Under the pieces are notes generated by a model that worked only from the letters and a program-made list of their open reading frames with translations, ran no database searches and had not been told where the DNA came from. A stretch of DNA of 64,000 bases from the NCBI GenBank assembly GCA_020629635.1, contig JAHDCX010000016.1:34154-98153 (forward strand), written 5' to 3'. This document shows positions 26,739 through 36,265 of the stretch, one piece after another (position 1 is the first letter of the stretch; every line of letters begins with the position of its first letter). Both the position numbers and the translations under genes were made by a program. Origin of the DNA: Acidimicrobiales bacterium. Its GTDB lineage: Bacteria; Actinomycetota; Acidimicrobiia; Acidimicrobiales; SHLQ01.

Positions 26739-27917
26739 ATGAGCGATGCACGTCCGACACCCGAAGACCTGATGGGTGTGCTCCGCGGGGTGATCGACCC
26801 CGAGCTCGGGTCCAACATCGTCGAACTCGGCATGGCCAAGTCGGCGTCCGTCGACGACGAGGGCATCGCACGAATCACGATCGCCTTGACGACGTCGGGG
26901 TGCCCGCTGCGGGCCCAGATCCAAAAGGACGTCCGAGCACGGGTGTTGAGCCTTCCGGGCGTGGAGCGGGTGAAGATCAACTGGACCGAACTCAGCCAGG
27001 ACGAGAAGGCCGAGGTGATGAAGGTCGCCCGGTTCAATGTCAGCCAGAACGCACCCGACACTGCGGTGCCATCGACCACCCGTTGCGTGCTGATCGCGAG
27101 CGGGAAGGGCGGGGTCGGCAAGTCGTCGGTCACGGCAAATCTGGCTGCTGCGCTGGCGATTCGTGGCCATCGGGTCGGCGTGCTCGATGCAGACATCTGG
27201 GGATACTCGATCCCTCGCCTCCTGGGCGTCGATGGCCGGTTGCAAGGGTCGAAAGAGAGCGGTCAGATCGAACCGCACGTCGTGTCGATGGGTGCGGGCG
27301 AACTCGAGATCGTCTCGATGGGATTCCTGGTCGACTCCGACGACACGGCCCTCATGTGGCGTGGCCTCATGCTGAACCGGGCGGTTCAGCACTTTCTGCA
27401 GGACGTGCAGTGGGGCGACCTCGACTACCTGTTGATCGACATGCCTCCGGGCACGGGCGACGTCCAGATGGGCCTGGCGAAGATGCTTCCCCATGCCGAG
27501 ATGCTCGTCGTCACGACACCGTCGACGTTGGCCCAAACGGTCGCGGTCCGCGTCGCCAACATGGGACGCAACAACTACCTGCGGGTGGTGGGCGTGATCG
27601 AGAACATGAGCGGCTTCGTGGACGACTCCGGGCGCCGTCACGACGTCTTCGGCGAAGGTGGAGGTCAGGCGCTCGCCGATCAGATCGACGCGCCCCTCAT
27701 CGGCCAGGTCCCGCTCGACCGGTCGGTCGTCGACGGCGCAGACTCCGGGACTCCCGCCGTGCTCGGCCCGGGTCCCGGCGCGGACGAACTTCGGTCGATC
27801 GCGGAGCAGATCCGAACCGAGTTGATTCCGCCCGTCGACATGTCGGGCTGCTCGACGCGCATCATCGATCAGGCGATGGCGAACCTCGCCGAGATGGACG
27901 CGGCAGAATCCGCCTGA
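26739..27917 (+). CDS. apbC: Mrp/ApbC/NBP35-family Fe-S cluster carrier ATPase with N-terminal DUF59 domain
   Basis: The DUF59 part reads VIDPELGSNIVELGM...TTSGCPL. The deviant Walker A reads IASGKGGVGKSSVTANLA. DMPPGTGD and CxxC-region motifs follow. Confidence 0.9.
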   Translation: MSDARPTPEDLMGVLRGVIDPELGSNIVELGMAKSASVDDEGIARITIALTTSGCPLRAQIQKDVRARVLSLPGVERVKINWTELSQDEKAEVMKVARFNVSQNAPDTAVPSTTRCVLIASGKGGVGKSSVTANLAAALAIRGHRVGVLDADIWGYSIPRLLGVDGRLQGSKESGQIEPHVVSMGAGELEIVSMGFLVDSDDTALMWRGLMLNRAVQHFLQDVQWGDLDYLLIDMPPGTGDVQMGLAKMLPHAEMLVVTTPSTLAQTVAVRVANMGRNNYLRVVGVIENMSGFVDDSGRRHDVFGEGGGQALADQIDAPLIGQVPLDRSVVDGADSGTPAVLGPGPGADELRSIAEQIRTELIPPVDMSGCSTRIIDQAMANLAEMDAAESA

Positions 27918-27971
27918 CCGTTGGCGTGGGGACCGTTGGCGTGGGGTCAGGCCCCAACGCAACGACGTGGG

Positions 27972-28157
27972 TCAGCGGCGACGCTTCGTCTTGGCGGTTG
28001 CTGCCTGATACGCCGCGAGCCGATCCTTGATCGGGTCCGCGTTCAACGGCATCTCGTGCATTCCCACCATGCCAACCGTGGCGTTGCTCGTCCGGGTGGT
28101 GGCATCGCGGCGGACCTGTCCGGTCCGTTGTTCGTAGGTGTGATCGAAGAGGCCCAT
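27972..28157 (-). CDS. small (61 aa) hypothetical protein
   Basis: The product is MGLFDHTYEQRTGQVRRDATTRTSNATVGMVGMHEMPLNADPIKDRLAAYQAATAKTKRRR. GC3 is acceptable but no family is recognised, so it may not be a real gene. Confidence 0.3.
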   Translation of the reverse strand: MGLFDHTYEQRTGQVRRDATTRTSNATVGMVGMHEMPLNADPIKDRLAAYQAATAKTKRRR

Positions 28158-28267
28158 GGCCGGTTCCCTTGGTTCCGTCGACGGGCCGTCCGCCGAGGTG
28201 TCCGAGAGAACGGCGCGCCCCTCCGCCGTCTTGAGTCCACGAAACACGATCGGAACAATTGCCCGCG

Positions 28268-28768
28268 TCAGGCGAGTTCGGGTGGGTCCTTCGACACGTC
28301 CTCGATGTCGGCATCCGCCGGCGCTCGTCGCCCACTCACGTCCTGGGCGCCGAACCTCGACCCCGGGGCGGTGCCGAACCGTTGGCCGAAGCCCGTGGCG
28401 CGGACTTCGAGCCGCCGTTGAAAGAACGCAATCACCGGCGGACGGAACACCGCCCGGATCGGCGGGATCAACAAGGCCAGACCGACCGCGTCGGTCAGGA
28501 AGCCGGGCGTCAACATCAGCGCAGAGGCAAAGAAGATCATCGCGCCGTCGGCAAGGTCGTTCGTCGGCACCCGCGCCGACCGAAGCGCCGTCCGGACCCG
28601 GTCGATGACGCCGAGTCCTTCGCGCCGGACGAGCCAGGCCCCCGCCAGGCTGACACCGATCACGAGCACGATGGTCGGCAACCACCCGATCCCGCCGGCG
28701 ACCTGGGTGATGAGAAAGATCTCGAGCACCGGCACCACGATGAAGGCGATGAACAGATAGGCGAACAC
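28268..28768 (-). CDS. fxsA: FxsA family membrane protein
   Basis: The sequence VFAYLFIAFIVVPVLEIFLITQVAGGIGW...LMLTPGFLTDAVGLALLIPPIR matches the FxsA signature. A GTG start at 28768 is chosen; the longer track ORF overlaps the upstream GNAT gene. Confidence 0.75.
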   Translation of the reverse strand: MFAYLFIAFIVVPVLEIFLITQVAGGIGWLPTIVLVIGVSLAGAWLVRREGLGVIDRVRTALRSARVPTNDLADGAMIFFASALMLTPGFLTDAVGLALLIPPIRAVFRPPVIAFFQRRLEVRATGFGQRFGTAPGSRFGAQDVSGRRAPADADIEDVSKDPPELA

Positions 28769-28784
28769 GACGTCGAGCGTACGC

Positions 28785-29312
28785 CTACGAGACGGCGGCT
28801 GGCGGGCGGTGGCGCCACAGGTGCGCCGTGCCGTAGCGGTAGGCGATCTCGCCTTCGTTCGTCGCGCCCATCCGCTCGGCGACTCGAGCAGACGGGGTGT
28901 TGTCGAGCGCGATGACGCTGACTGCGGTCTCCCAGCCGAACAGGTCGTAGGCGGCCTCGAGACTTCGCAGACCCGCTTCGGTCGCGTATCCCTTGCCGTG
29001 GTGGGCAGGCAGCAGAGCCCACGTGAGCTCGGGCTCGGGCCACGCCTCGGGATACCAGCAACCCGCAAGTCCGACATACTCCCCGGACGCCTTCTCCTCG
29101 AGCGCCCACGGCCCGAAGCCCCGCAGCGCCCAATGGCCTGGATAGGCGGCGAACTTGCGCCACGCCTCTTCGCGGTTGCACGGACCCCCGTAGAACGACG
29201 AGACGTCGTCGGCGTAGAACGCCGCCATCGGTTCGAAGTCACTCGGGAGAAAGCCTCGAAGGATCAGGCGCTCGGTCTCGAGGGTCGGAGGGGTCAACGC
29301 TGGCTCAGCCAC
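28785..29312 (-). CDS. GNAT N-acetyltransferase (RimJ/RimL-like)
   Basis: The pattern is TERLILRGFLPSDFEPMAAFY...HHGKGYATEA...NTPSARVAERMG. Confidence 0.85.
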   Translation of the reverse strand: MAEPALTPPTLETERLILRGFLPSDFEPMAAFYADDVSSFYGGPCNREEAWRKFAAYPGHWALRGFGPWALEEKASGEYVGLAGCWYPEAWPEPELTWALLPAHHGKGYATEAGLRSLEAAYDLFGWETAVSVIALDNTPSARVAERMGATNEGEIAYRYGTAHLWRHRPPAAVS

Positions 29313-29386
29313 CCTGCAACAGTAGAGCGACAGACGTTGACGGCCCGGTGCTCAGATCCGGGCCGTGATCGACCGATCGGAACATC

Positions 29387-30706
29387 GTGAGTGACGCACT
29401 GATCAATTCACTCGAGACCGCGCTCGCCACCCAGCCGGGCGACATGGCGTTGCGCGCCCACCTCGCCGATCTCCACGAGCAGGCCGGCAACGCCGAGCGT
29501 GCGTGGGAGTTGGCGACGGAGGGACTCCGGACGGCGCCAGCCGATGTCGACTTGCTCGACGTCGCCGTCCGCGCGGGATCGACGATCGGCGCCCCGGAGA
29601 CCGACGGGTATCGAACCGTCCTCGCCGCGCTTCGACCCGGGGACGGCACGGCTTCTCACTCGACGACGCCACCACCACCTGCGCCGCCGGCGCCCCCGAC
29701 CCCTCCGTCTCACGCGACACCCCCGCCCGCACCCGTGCCGGTCGCGGGCGGCTACTCGCCGACGCCCGACAGTCCGGACGAGCTGTTCGACATGTGGGAT
29801 GGCACCGACGCCGCCCCCGAACCCGAGATCGGGGAGATCTCGCGCGAACGCATCCGGCTGAGCGACGTCGGCGGCATGGAGAACGTCAAGCAGCGACTCG
29901 AGATGAGCTTCCTGGCCCCGATGCGCAACCCCGAGATGCAGGTCGCATTCGGCAAGTCGATGCGCGGCGGGCTCCTGCTCTGGGGGCCCCCGGGCTGCGG
30001 CAAAACCCACATCGCCAAGGCGGTGGCCGGCGAGCTGGAAGCGAACTTCTATCACGTCGGGTTGTCGGACGTGCTCGACATGTGGATTGGCAGCTCGGAG
30101 AAGAACATCACCGCGATGTTCGAAGTCGCACGCCGCAACTCGCCGTGCGTGCTGTTCTTCGACGAGGTCGACGCGATCGGCCAGAAGCGCACCCACCTCC
30201 GCGGAGGCGGCGGCGCGATGCGCAACGTCGTCAACCAGCTCCTCCAGGAGATGGACGGCGCCTCGAGCGACAACGAAGGCCTGTTCATCCTCGCCGCCAC
30301 GAACCACCCCTGGGACGTCGACTCGGCGCTGCTCCGACCGGGTCGACTCGACCGCATGCTCCTCGTTCTCCCGCCTGACGCGCCAGCGCGCGAAGCCATC
30401 CTCGCCCATGCACTCCGGGGCAAGCCCGTCGACCGCCTCGATCTCCCCAAGCTCGCCAAGGCGACCGACGGCCTCACGGGCGCCGATCTCATGCTCGTGA
30501 TCGATCAGGCGACCGAAGTCGCCATGGTCGATTCGATCGACTCGGGAACCATCCGACCGATCTCGATGAAGGATCTCCTCGCCGCCGCCAAGACCGTCAA
30601 GCCGAGCCACGGCCCGTGGACGGAAGCGGCGCGCAACGTCGCGCTCTTCAGCAACGATTCGGGCATGTACGACGACCTTCTGGTCTGGCTCAAGACGAAG
30701 CGGTGA
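29387..30706 (+). CDS. AAA+ ATPase with N-terminal TPR/MIT-like helical region and a Pro-rich linker
   Basis: Walker A is GPPGCGKT and Walker B is VLFFDEVD. The SRH reads ATNHPWDVDSALLRPGRLD. The N-terminal ~70 aa are helical, followed by the linker TTPPPPAPPAPPTPPSHATPPPAPVP. There is a single AAA cassette and a C-terminal helix. The start is GTG. Confidence 0.85.
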   Translation: MSDALINSLETALATQPGDMALRAHLADLHEQAGNAERAWELATEGLRTAPADVDLLDVAVRAGSTIGAPETDGYRTVLAALRPGDGTASHSTTPPPPAPPAPPTPPSHATPPPAPVPVAGGYSPTPDSPDELFDMWDGTDAAPEPEIGEISRERIRLSDVGGMENVKQRLEMSFLAPMRNPEMQVAFGKSMRGGLLLWGPPGCGKTHIAKAVAGELEANFYHVGLSDVLDMWIGSSEKNITAMFEVARRNSPCVLFFDEVDAIGQKRTHLRGGGGAMRNVVNQLLQEMDGASSDNEGLFILAATNHPWDVDSALLRPGRLDRMLLVLPPDAPAREAILAHALRGKPVDRLDLPKLAKATDGLTGADLMLVIDQATEVAMVDSIDSGTIRPISMKDLLAAAKTVKPSHGPWTEAARNVALFSNDSGMYDDLLVWLKTKR

Positions 30707-31428
30707 CCGAGTCCGGCGCCGCACTCGAACGGGCATGGGCGCTCGTCAGCGCCGGACGCAGTGCCGAGGCCCGCACCGAGATCGACCGAGGACTCTCGAC
30801 CGACCCCGAGAACGCCGGGCTGCTCCACGTGCTCTCGATCGTCGTGGAGGCGATACTGAGCGATCCCGCCGCCGTACCGACGTTGGGGAAGCCGGGTCGT
30901 CTCGCCCAGGCGCGCAGGGTCGCCGATGCGGCGCTTCAACTCGGGCCCGATCAGGCGATCAGCCATGTTGCGGCCGCCAAGGTCTCCCTCGCCGAAGGCA
31001 CGCCACAACGGGCGCTCGGCGAAGCCGAACGGGCACTCCAGCTCGAACCCAACAACTCGGTCGGCCATCAGGTTCGGGGCCTCGCCCTCCAGTTGCTCGG
31101 AAAGACGAAGGGGCCGGCGACGCCTTCGTCGCCGCTGCCCGCGCCGAACCCACCTCGGACACCAGTCGCGGTCTTCTTCAGGAAACTCGCATCGGGGCGG
31201 GGTCGAGAAGTCGGCTTCATTGGCGCCATCGCGGCGGGCATCCTGATCCGCGGCGGCGGGCGGGGGCTGGCAAATCTCGGTGTGCCGGGCTGGCTCGTGC
31301 TGGTCTTCGCGGTTGTCGTGATCGTCGGCTACTTCTGGTGGCTCCGGCGGACGCGTCGCGCGCTGGCCACCAACGAGCTGAGCGACGAGGCCCGTCGGAT
31401 CGTCGAAGCCGACCGCAAGCTCCGGTAG
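30703..31428 (+). CDS. TPR-repeat protein with C-terminal transmembrane anchor
   Basis: The GTG start overlaps the AAA stop (GTGA). TPR-like helices (RALGEAERALQLEPNNSVGHQVRGLAL) are followed by two TM segments (FIGAIAAGILI..., WLVLVFAVVVIVGYFWW). Confidence 0.65.
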   Translation: MTESGAALERAWALVSAGRSAEARTEIDRGLSTDPENAGLLHVLSIVVEAILSDPAAVPTLGKPGRLAQARRVADAALQLGPDQAISHVAAAKVSLAEGTPQRALGEAERALQLEPNNSVGHQVRGLALQLLGKTKGPATPSSPLPAPNPPRTPVAVFFRKLASGRGREVGFIGAIAAGILIRGGGRGLANLGVPGWLVLVFAVVVIVGYFWWLRRTRRALATNELSDEARRIVEADRKLR

Positions 31429-31448
31429 GCGGGCCTACCCTTGGACGC

Positions 31449-32723
31449 GTGACGGAGCGCCCGCCATCGGTCGACGCCCTTGCTCGGTCCCTGGCCGAGT
31501 CAGGACTGCCGCATCCTGTGCTCGTCGACATTGCCCGGGAGGCCATCGCCAGCGGCGATCACACCGTCGCCTCCGACCTCGTCGAGACGTTCCGACGGAC
31601 GACGCTCCAGCGGGTGGTGAACGGCACCGGGACCCTTCTCCACACAAACCTCGGGAGAGCGCCACACGGCGTGCACCAGGAACCAGGGTTCCGAAACCTC
31701 GAGCTCGACCTCGAGACTGGCGAACGCGGCTCGAGGCAATCCCATGCGCCCCGGCTGCTCGCGAAGCTCTGCGGGGCCGAGGCGGCGATCGTCGTCAACA
31801 ACTGCGCGTCGGCCGTGATGTTGATCCTCGCCGCGCTCGCCCGTGATCGTGGCGTGGTCGTCTCCCGAGGCGAACTCGTCGAGATCGGCGGCGGATTCCG
31901 GGTGCCCGAGGTGATGGAACAATCCGGCGCACGACTCGTCGAGGTCGGCACGACCAACCGCACTCGCCGCTCCGACTTCGCTCGGGCGATCGAGAACCCG
32001 GCAAACGACGTCGCGTTGGCGATGCAAATCCATCAGTCGAACTATCGGATCACGGGATTCACCGAGATGCCGTCGACCGCGGCGCTCGCCGACCTTGGCG
32101 TGCCGCTCGTTTCTGACATCGGATCGGGACTGCTCGACGCTGCATGCCCATGGCTCGACGGTGGGCCTCCGTCGTGGCTGGCCGACGAACCGGCCGCCCG
32201 ACAGACCCTGGCGGCCGGCGCTCAGCTGGTGGCATTCTCCGGAGACAAGCTTCTGGGCGGACCGCAGGCGGGCATCATCGCCGGCGATGCCGAACTCGTT
32301 TCTGCGTGCGCTCGCCATCCACTGGCTCGGGCACTTCGTCCAGGCGGGTTGGTGCTCGGCGCCCTTCAGGATCTCGCCATGACCTATCTGCATCGCGACG
32401 GCCAGGCGATTCCGTTCTGGCGGATGGCGACGGTCTCGGTCGATGAGCTCCGTCGCCGAGCCGATGCGGTGGTCGCCGCGTGCCCGAACGTCGATCTGGC
32501 CGTCGTGGAGACGATGGCGGTCCCGGGCGGAGGCACGCTCCCCACCGTCGAGATCCCGTCGATCGGCCTCTCGCTCCACGGCGACCGGCGTGCCGAGCTT
32601 CGAGCCGCGGCGACTCCCGTCATGGCGCGGATCGCGGAAGACACGACCGTCTGCGACCTGCGCACGATCGACCCCTCTGATGATGGGTTGATCGCCGACG
32701 CGATGGGCACGCTCGCCTCGTGA
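31449..32723 (+). CDS. selA: L-seryl-tRNA(Sec) selenium transferase
   Basis: Motifs seen are VVNGTGTLLHTNLGRA, NNCASAVMLIL and FSGDKLLGGPQAGII (PLP lysine). The GTG start is at 31449, and the stop overlaps the selB start (GTGA). Confidence 0.9.
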   Translation: MTERPPSVDALARSLAESGLPHPVLVDIAREAIASGDHTVASDLVETFRRTTLQRVVNGTGTLLHTNLGRAPHGVHQEPGFRNLELDLETGERGSRQSHAPRLLAKLCGAEAAIVVNNCASAVMLILAALARDRGVVVSRGELVEIGGGFRVPEVMEQSGARLVEVGTTNRTRRSDFARAIENPANDVALAMQIHQSNYRITGFTEMPSTAALADLGVPLVSDIGSGLLDAACPWLDGGPPSWLADEPAARQTLAAGAQLVAFSGDKLLGGPQAGIIAGDAELVSACARHPLARALRPGGLVLGALQDLAMTYLHRDGQAIPFWRMATVSVDELRRRADAVVAACPNVDLAVVETMAVPGGGTLPTVEIPSIGLSLHGDRRAELRAAATPVMARIAEDTTVCDLRTIDPSDDGLIADAMGTLAS

Positions 32724-34444
32724 GTCACGTCGTCTCCACGGCCGGCCACGTCGATCATGGCAAGTCGACCCTCGTCCGGGCGCTCACGGGTACCGACCCG
32801 GACCGTTTCGCTGAGGAGAAGGCCCGGGGCCTCACGATCGATCTGGGCTTCGCATCGGCCAAGCTTCCCTCTGGCCGCGTCCTGTCGCTCGTCGATGTGC
32901 CGGGACACATCCGGTTTTTGAAGAACATGCTCGCCGGCGTCGGTGCAGTCGACGCGTGCCTGTTCGTCGTCGACGCGAACGAGGGCTGGAAGCCGCAAAC
33001 CGAGGAGCACCTCCGGATCCTGCAGCTCCTCGGTGTCCGTCATGGCGTCGTCGCCCTCACCAAGATCGGACTCGCCGACGCAGATCTGCTCGAACTCGCC
33101 CGCCTCGACATCGCCGAAAGAACCGAGGGCACCTTCCTCGAGGATGCGCCGGTGATCGGTGTCGATTCGATCGACGGAACCGGTCTCGACGAACTCCGAA
33201 CCGAACTCGACGGCCTGCTCGATCGAACCCCCGATGCCGCCGATCGCGGGACCCCGCGACTGTGGATCGACCGGGCGTTCTCGGCAAAGGGATCCGGCAC
33301 GGTGGTGACCGGCACCCTCACCGGTGGGCGGGTGCGAGTCGACGATGAGCTCGTGTTGTTGCCCCAGCGGCGAAGCGTTCGTGTCCGCGCCCTGCAGAGC
33401 CTGCACGCCGAACGCACGAAGGTCGGGCCCGGCAACCGGACCGCCATCAACCTCGCCGGGGTCTCCCACGACGAGCTCGCTCGCGGCGATGTGCTCGTCC
33501 GCTCGGGGGAGTGGTTCGAGACAGCCACATTCGACGGCTCGCTGACCGTTCTCGATTCGCTGGATCACGAGGTCTCTCGGCGTGGAGCACACCTGCTCTA
33601 TCTCGGCGCCGGCGAACACGCCGTCCGCGTCCGGATTCTCGGCCCGTCGACCATCGCTCCTGGCACCACCGGAAACATCCGAGTCCATCTCCCGCACGCG
33701 CTGCCGCTCCTTCCGGGCGATCGCTTCATCCTGCGTGAGGCAGGACGAGCCGAGACGATCGGCGGCGGTGAGGTGCTCGATGTCGATCCGCAGGTCCGAG
33801 CAAGCGAGGCGACGCCGGATCGCTCGGTCGACCGCGTGATCTCCGAACGGGGCTGGGTGGACGTCGACGAGCTCGCATTGCTGACCGGTGAGCAGCGCGA
33901 ACCTGATGTCGGTCGGTGGGCTGTCGATCCTGGTGTCCTCACCCAGGCCGTGACCGACCTCCGAGCGAGAATCGACGAGGCCGGCCCCCTCGGTCTGGAT
34001 CTGGCCGTTCTGGACGAACAGGAACGAGCCACCATCGAGCTGCTCGGCGACGTCACGACCGACGCCGGACGGATCAAGACGGCCGACGCGTCCGACGTGC
34101 TCGCGGACCACCCCTGGGTCGACGCCCTCCGTCGCGGCGGCTTCGTGCCGCCAGACCCCGAGGGCGTCGACGCCGGCGAAGTGCGAGAGCTTGTCCGGCG
34201 AGGGAGTGTCGTCGCCATCGATGGCGTGCACTACGCACCCGAGACGATCGACGCCGCAGCTCGGCTACTGGCGCAGATGCTCGCCGATGCCCCCGATGGA
34301 GTGACGGTCTCGGAGGTGCGTCAGGCAATGGGCAACACGCGCAAGCACGCGATGCCGTTGCTCGCCCGCCTCGACGAGACCGGAATGACTCGACGGCGCG
34401 GCGATGTTCGAATCGCCGGGCCGCGGCTTCCGGAGCCGAGCTGA
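32720..34444 (+). CDS. selB: selenocysteine-specific translation elongation factor
   Basis: The G-domain reads VVSTAGHVDHGKSTLVRALTG...DVPGH...TKIGL. The long C-terminal extension ends with a winged-helix-like SECIS-binding region (RKHAMPLLARLDETGMTRR). Confidence 0.9.
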   Translation: MSHVVSTAGHVDHGKSTLVRALTGTDPDRFAEEKARGLTIDLGFASAKLPSGRVLSLVDVPGHIRFLKNMLAGVGAVDACLFVVDANEGWKPQTEEHLRILQLLGVRHGVVALTKIGLADADLLELARLDIAERTEGTFLEDAPVIGVDSIDGTGLDELRTELDGLLDRTPDAADRGTPRLWIDRAFSAKGSGTVVTGTLTGGRVRVDDELVLLPQRRSVRVRALQSLHAERTKVGPGNRTAINLAGVSHDELARGDVLVRSGEWFETATFDGSLTVLDSLDHEVSRRGAHLLYLGAGEHAVRVRILGPSTIAPGTTGNIRVHLPHALPLLPGDRFILREAGRAETIGGGEVLDVDPQVRASEATPDRSVDRVISERGWVDVDELALLTGEQREPDVGRWAVDPGVLTQAVTDLRARIDEAGPLGLDLAVLDEQERATIELLGDVTTDAGRIKTADASDVLADHPWVDALRRGGFVPPDPEGVDAGEVRELVRRGSVVAIDGVHYAPETIDAAARLLAQMLADAPDGVTVSEVRQAMGNTRKHAMPLLARLDETGMTRRRGDVRIAGPRLPEPS

Positions 34445-34467
34445 TCTGATGCTGGGAACGGCCGCCC

Positions 34468-34722
34468 TCAGAGCAGGGCGCGGCGCTCGTTCTCGCTCAT
34501 GCCTCCCCACACGCCGTGGGGTTCGCGGATCTCCAGGGCGTACTCGCGGCACTCGTTGAGCACCGGGCATTCCCGGCAGATCTCTTTGGCGCGGGCCTCT
34601 CGCGCCATCTTCTCTCGCTTGCGTTCGGTCGTGGTCGGTGGGAAGAAGACCGCGCCGAGCGGGCCCCGGCACGCAGCCTGGTCCTGCCACCCAATGCCAC
34701 CGATGTCGTGTTGAACCGCCAA
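34468..34722 (-). CDS. whiB: WhiB-family (Wbl) Fe-S transcription factor
   Basis: There are four Cys (C-x29-C-x2-C-x5-C: AACRG...ICRECPVLNEC) and a GVWGG turn. Confidence 0.92.
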   Translation of the reverse strand: MAVQHDIGGIGWQDQAACRGPLGAVFFPPTTTERKREKMAREARAKEICRECPVLNECREYALEIREPHGVWGGMSENERRALL

Positions 34723-34852
34723 ATTTCCTCCTCGAAGGGCGATTCGACCCCTCCGAAGCGAACCTAGGCGCGTGGTGTGACAGGCGACAAGGGGTGCTCC
34801 GGAAAGCCCCCGATGTTTGCCGGGCGTTCATCCAACGCCCATCCGCCGACGA

Positions 34853-36265
34853 TCAGACGGATTCTGCGGGCTCCGCGTCGGTCTCTGAGCCACGACGCCG
34901 CTCCCGATAGTCGATCGCTCCGCCCGTTTCGGGTTCGACCTCGAGGAGCAGGCCATCGACTTCGACGACCCGCGCCCGATCACCCGCCATGATCGGTGTC
35001 GCTCGATTGGTTCGGGCACGCCACGGCGCACCGCGCATCGTCACGACACCTTCGGGGTCGACGTCTTCGACCACGTCGCCGATCTCGCCGATCATCCACT
35101 CGCGACCGATCGTCGGCGTGGAGAACCGGGTGCGGACCATGGCCGGCATGCCCGACAGCATCGCCATCAAGACGCCGATGATCCCGACGACGAGGGGCAG
35201 CCATCCAATGGAGTGGTCCGGGTACAGGGCAAGCGACCCGATGATCAAGAACAGGACGCCGACCCCGCTCCAGAACGCCTGAATGCCCGACTGCACGTCG
35301 ATCGCAAACCCGACAAAGGCGATCACGAGCAGCGCAACCGCCCACCAACGAGCGTCGAGAATGGCCAAGCCGTAGCTCCCGGCGAGGAAGCTGCCCGCAC
35401 CGATCACCCCGGCGACGCCAACGCCCGCGGTGTAGAGCTCGAACACGAGCAGGCCGAGGCCGATCACGAACAGCAGATACGCCACCGCCGGCGAGGCGAA
35501 CGTGTGGAACTGCTGATCGAGCAACGGGAGCGTGATGAAACGAGTCGCCGTGCTCGGCACCCGCGTCGGGTCGGCGTCATCGGCCAGGAACGAACCGTTC
35601 GGGAGTTCTTCTCCGGGCCCGACGACCGTGAAATCAAACTCGGGGAGGTCGAGGAGGTGGTTGAGCAGGGCCGGCGCGTCCTGAATCGGCAGGTCTCCGT
35701 CGTTGGCACCGATCTGCAGGAGATCCTCGTAGCCAACGATCGCACCGTCGAATCCGCCGGCCAGAACCGTACCGAGGGGACCGATGGCCGCATCGTCGAT
35801 GATCTGCGGTCCGAAGTCGCCGATCTCCGAGCCCGGGGAGATGCCGATCCGGCTTGCCGCGAGAGCCAGCTGACCGGCCCCACCACGGGCTGCGCCGTTG
35901 TTGGCCTGGCCGAGCCACACCGACACCGGCACCTCGAACTCGCGGATTCGGAGAGCCAGGGCCGCGAGCTCGTCGTCGGCGATCGCATGACCGTCGCTCT
36001 CCATCTGGAGCACCACGGCACGAGCGCCCGAGGCAGCGGATTCGTCCAAACTCCGATCGATGAAGTCCGCCATGACCGGATCGATCAGGCCGGTCACTTC
36101 GATCACGTCGACGAAACCAGCCGGTCCGAGGTCGAGTCGCCCATCGTCCTGCGCACCCGCGGGAGAAACCGCCATGATGAGAGTCCCCGTCAACAAGGCG
36201 AACGCGCCAAGAAGGCGTGCCCACGCCGAGGATCCTCCACGTGACCGATCGATTCGATGTCCCAT
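34853..36265 (-). CDS. nfeD: NfeD-family membrane-bound ClpP-class serine protease
   Basis: A signal peptide is followed by a ClpP-like domain (VIEVTGLIDPVMADFIDRSL...VVLQMESDG), multiple TM helices and a C-terminal OB domain (GAPWRARTN...GDRARVVEVDGLLLEVEP). The start at MGHRIDRS would overlap the divergent ArsA-like start region by 25-49 nt. Confidence 0.8.
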   Translation of the reverse strand: MGHRIDRSRGGSSAWARLLGAFALLTGTLIMAVSPAGAQDDGRLDLGPAGFVDVIEVTGLIDPVMADFIDRSLDESAASGARAVVLQMESDGHAIADDELAALALRIREFEVPVSVWLGQANNGAARGGAGQLALAASRIGISPGSEIGDFGPQIIDDAAIGPLGTVLAGGFDGAIVGYEDLLQIGANDGDLPIQDAPALLNHLLDLPEFDFTVVGPGEELPNGSFLADDADPTRVPSTATRFITLPLLDQQFHTFASPAVAYLLFVIGLGLLVFELYTAGVGVAGVIGAGSFLAGSYGLAILDARWWAVALLVIAFVGFAIDVQSGIQAFWSGVGVLFLIIGSLALYPDHSIGWLPLVVGIIGVLMAMLSGMPAMVRTRFSTPTIGREWMIGEIGDVVEDVDPEGVVTMRGAPWRARTNRATPIMAGDRARVVEVDGLLLEVEPETGGAIDYRERRRGSETDAEPAESV

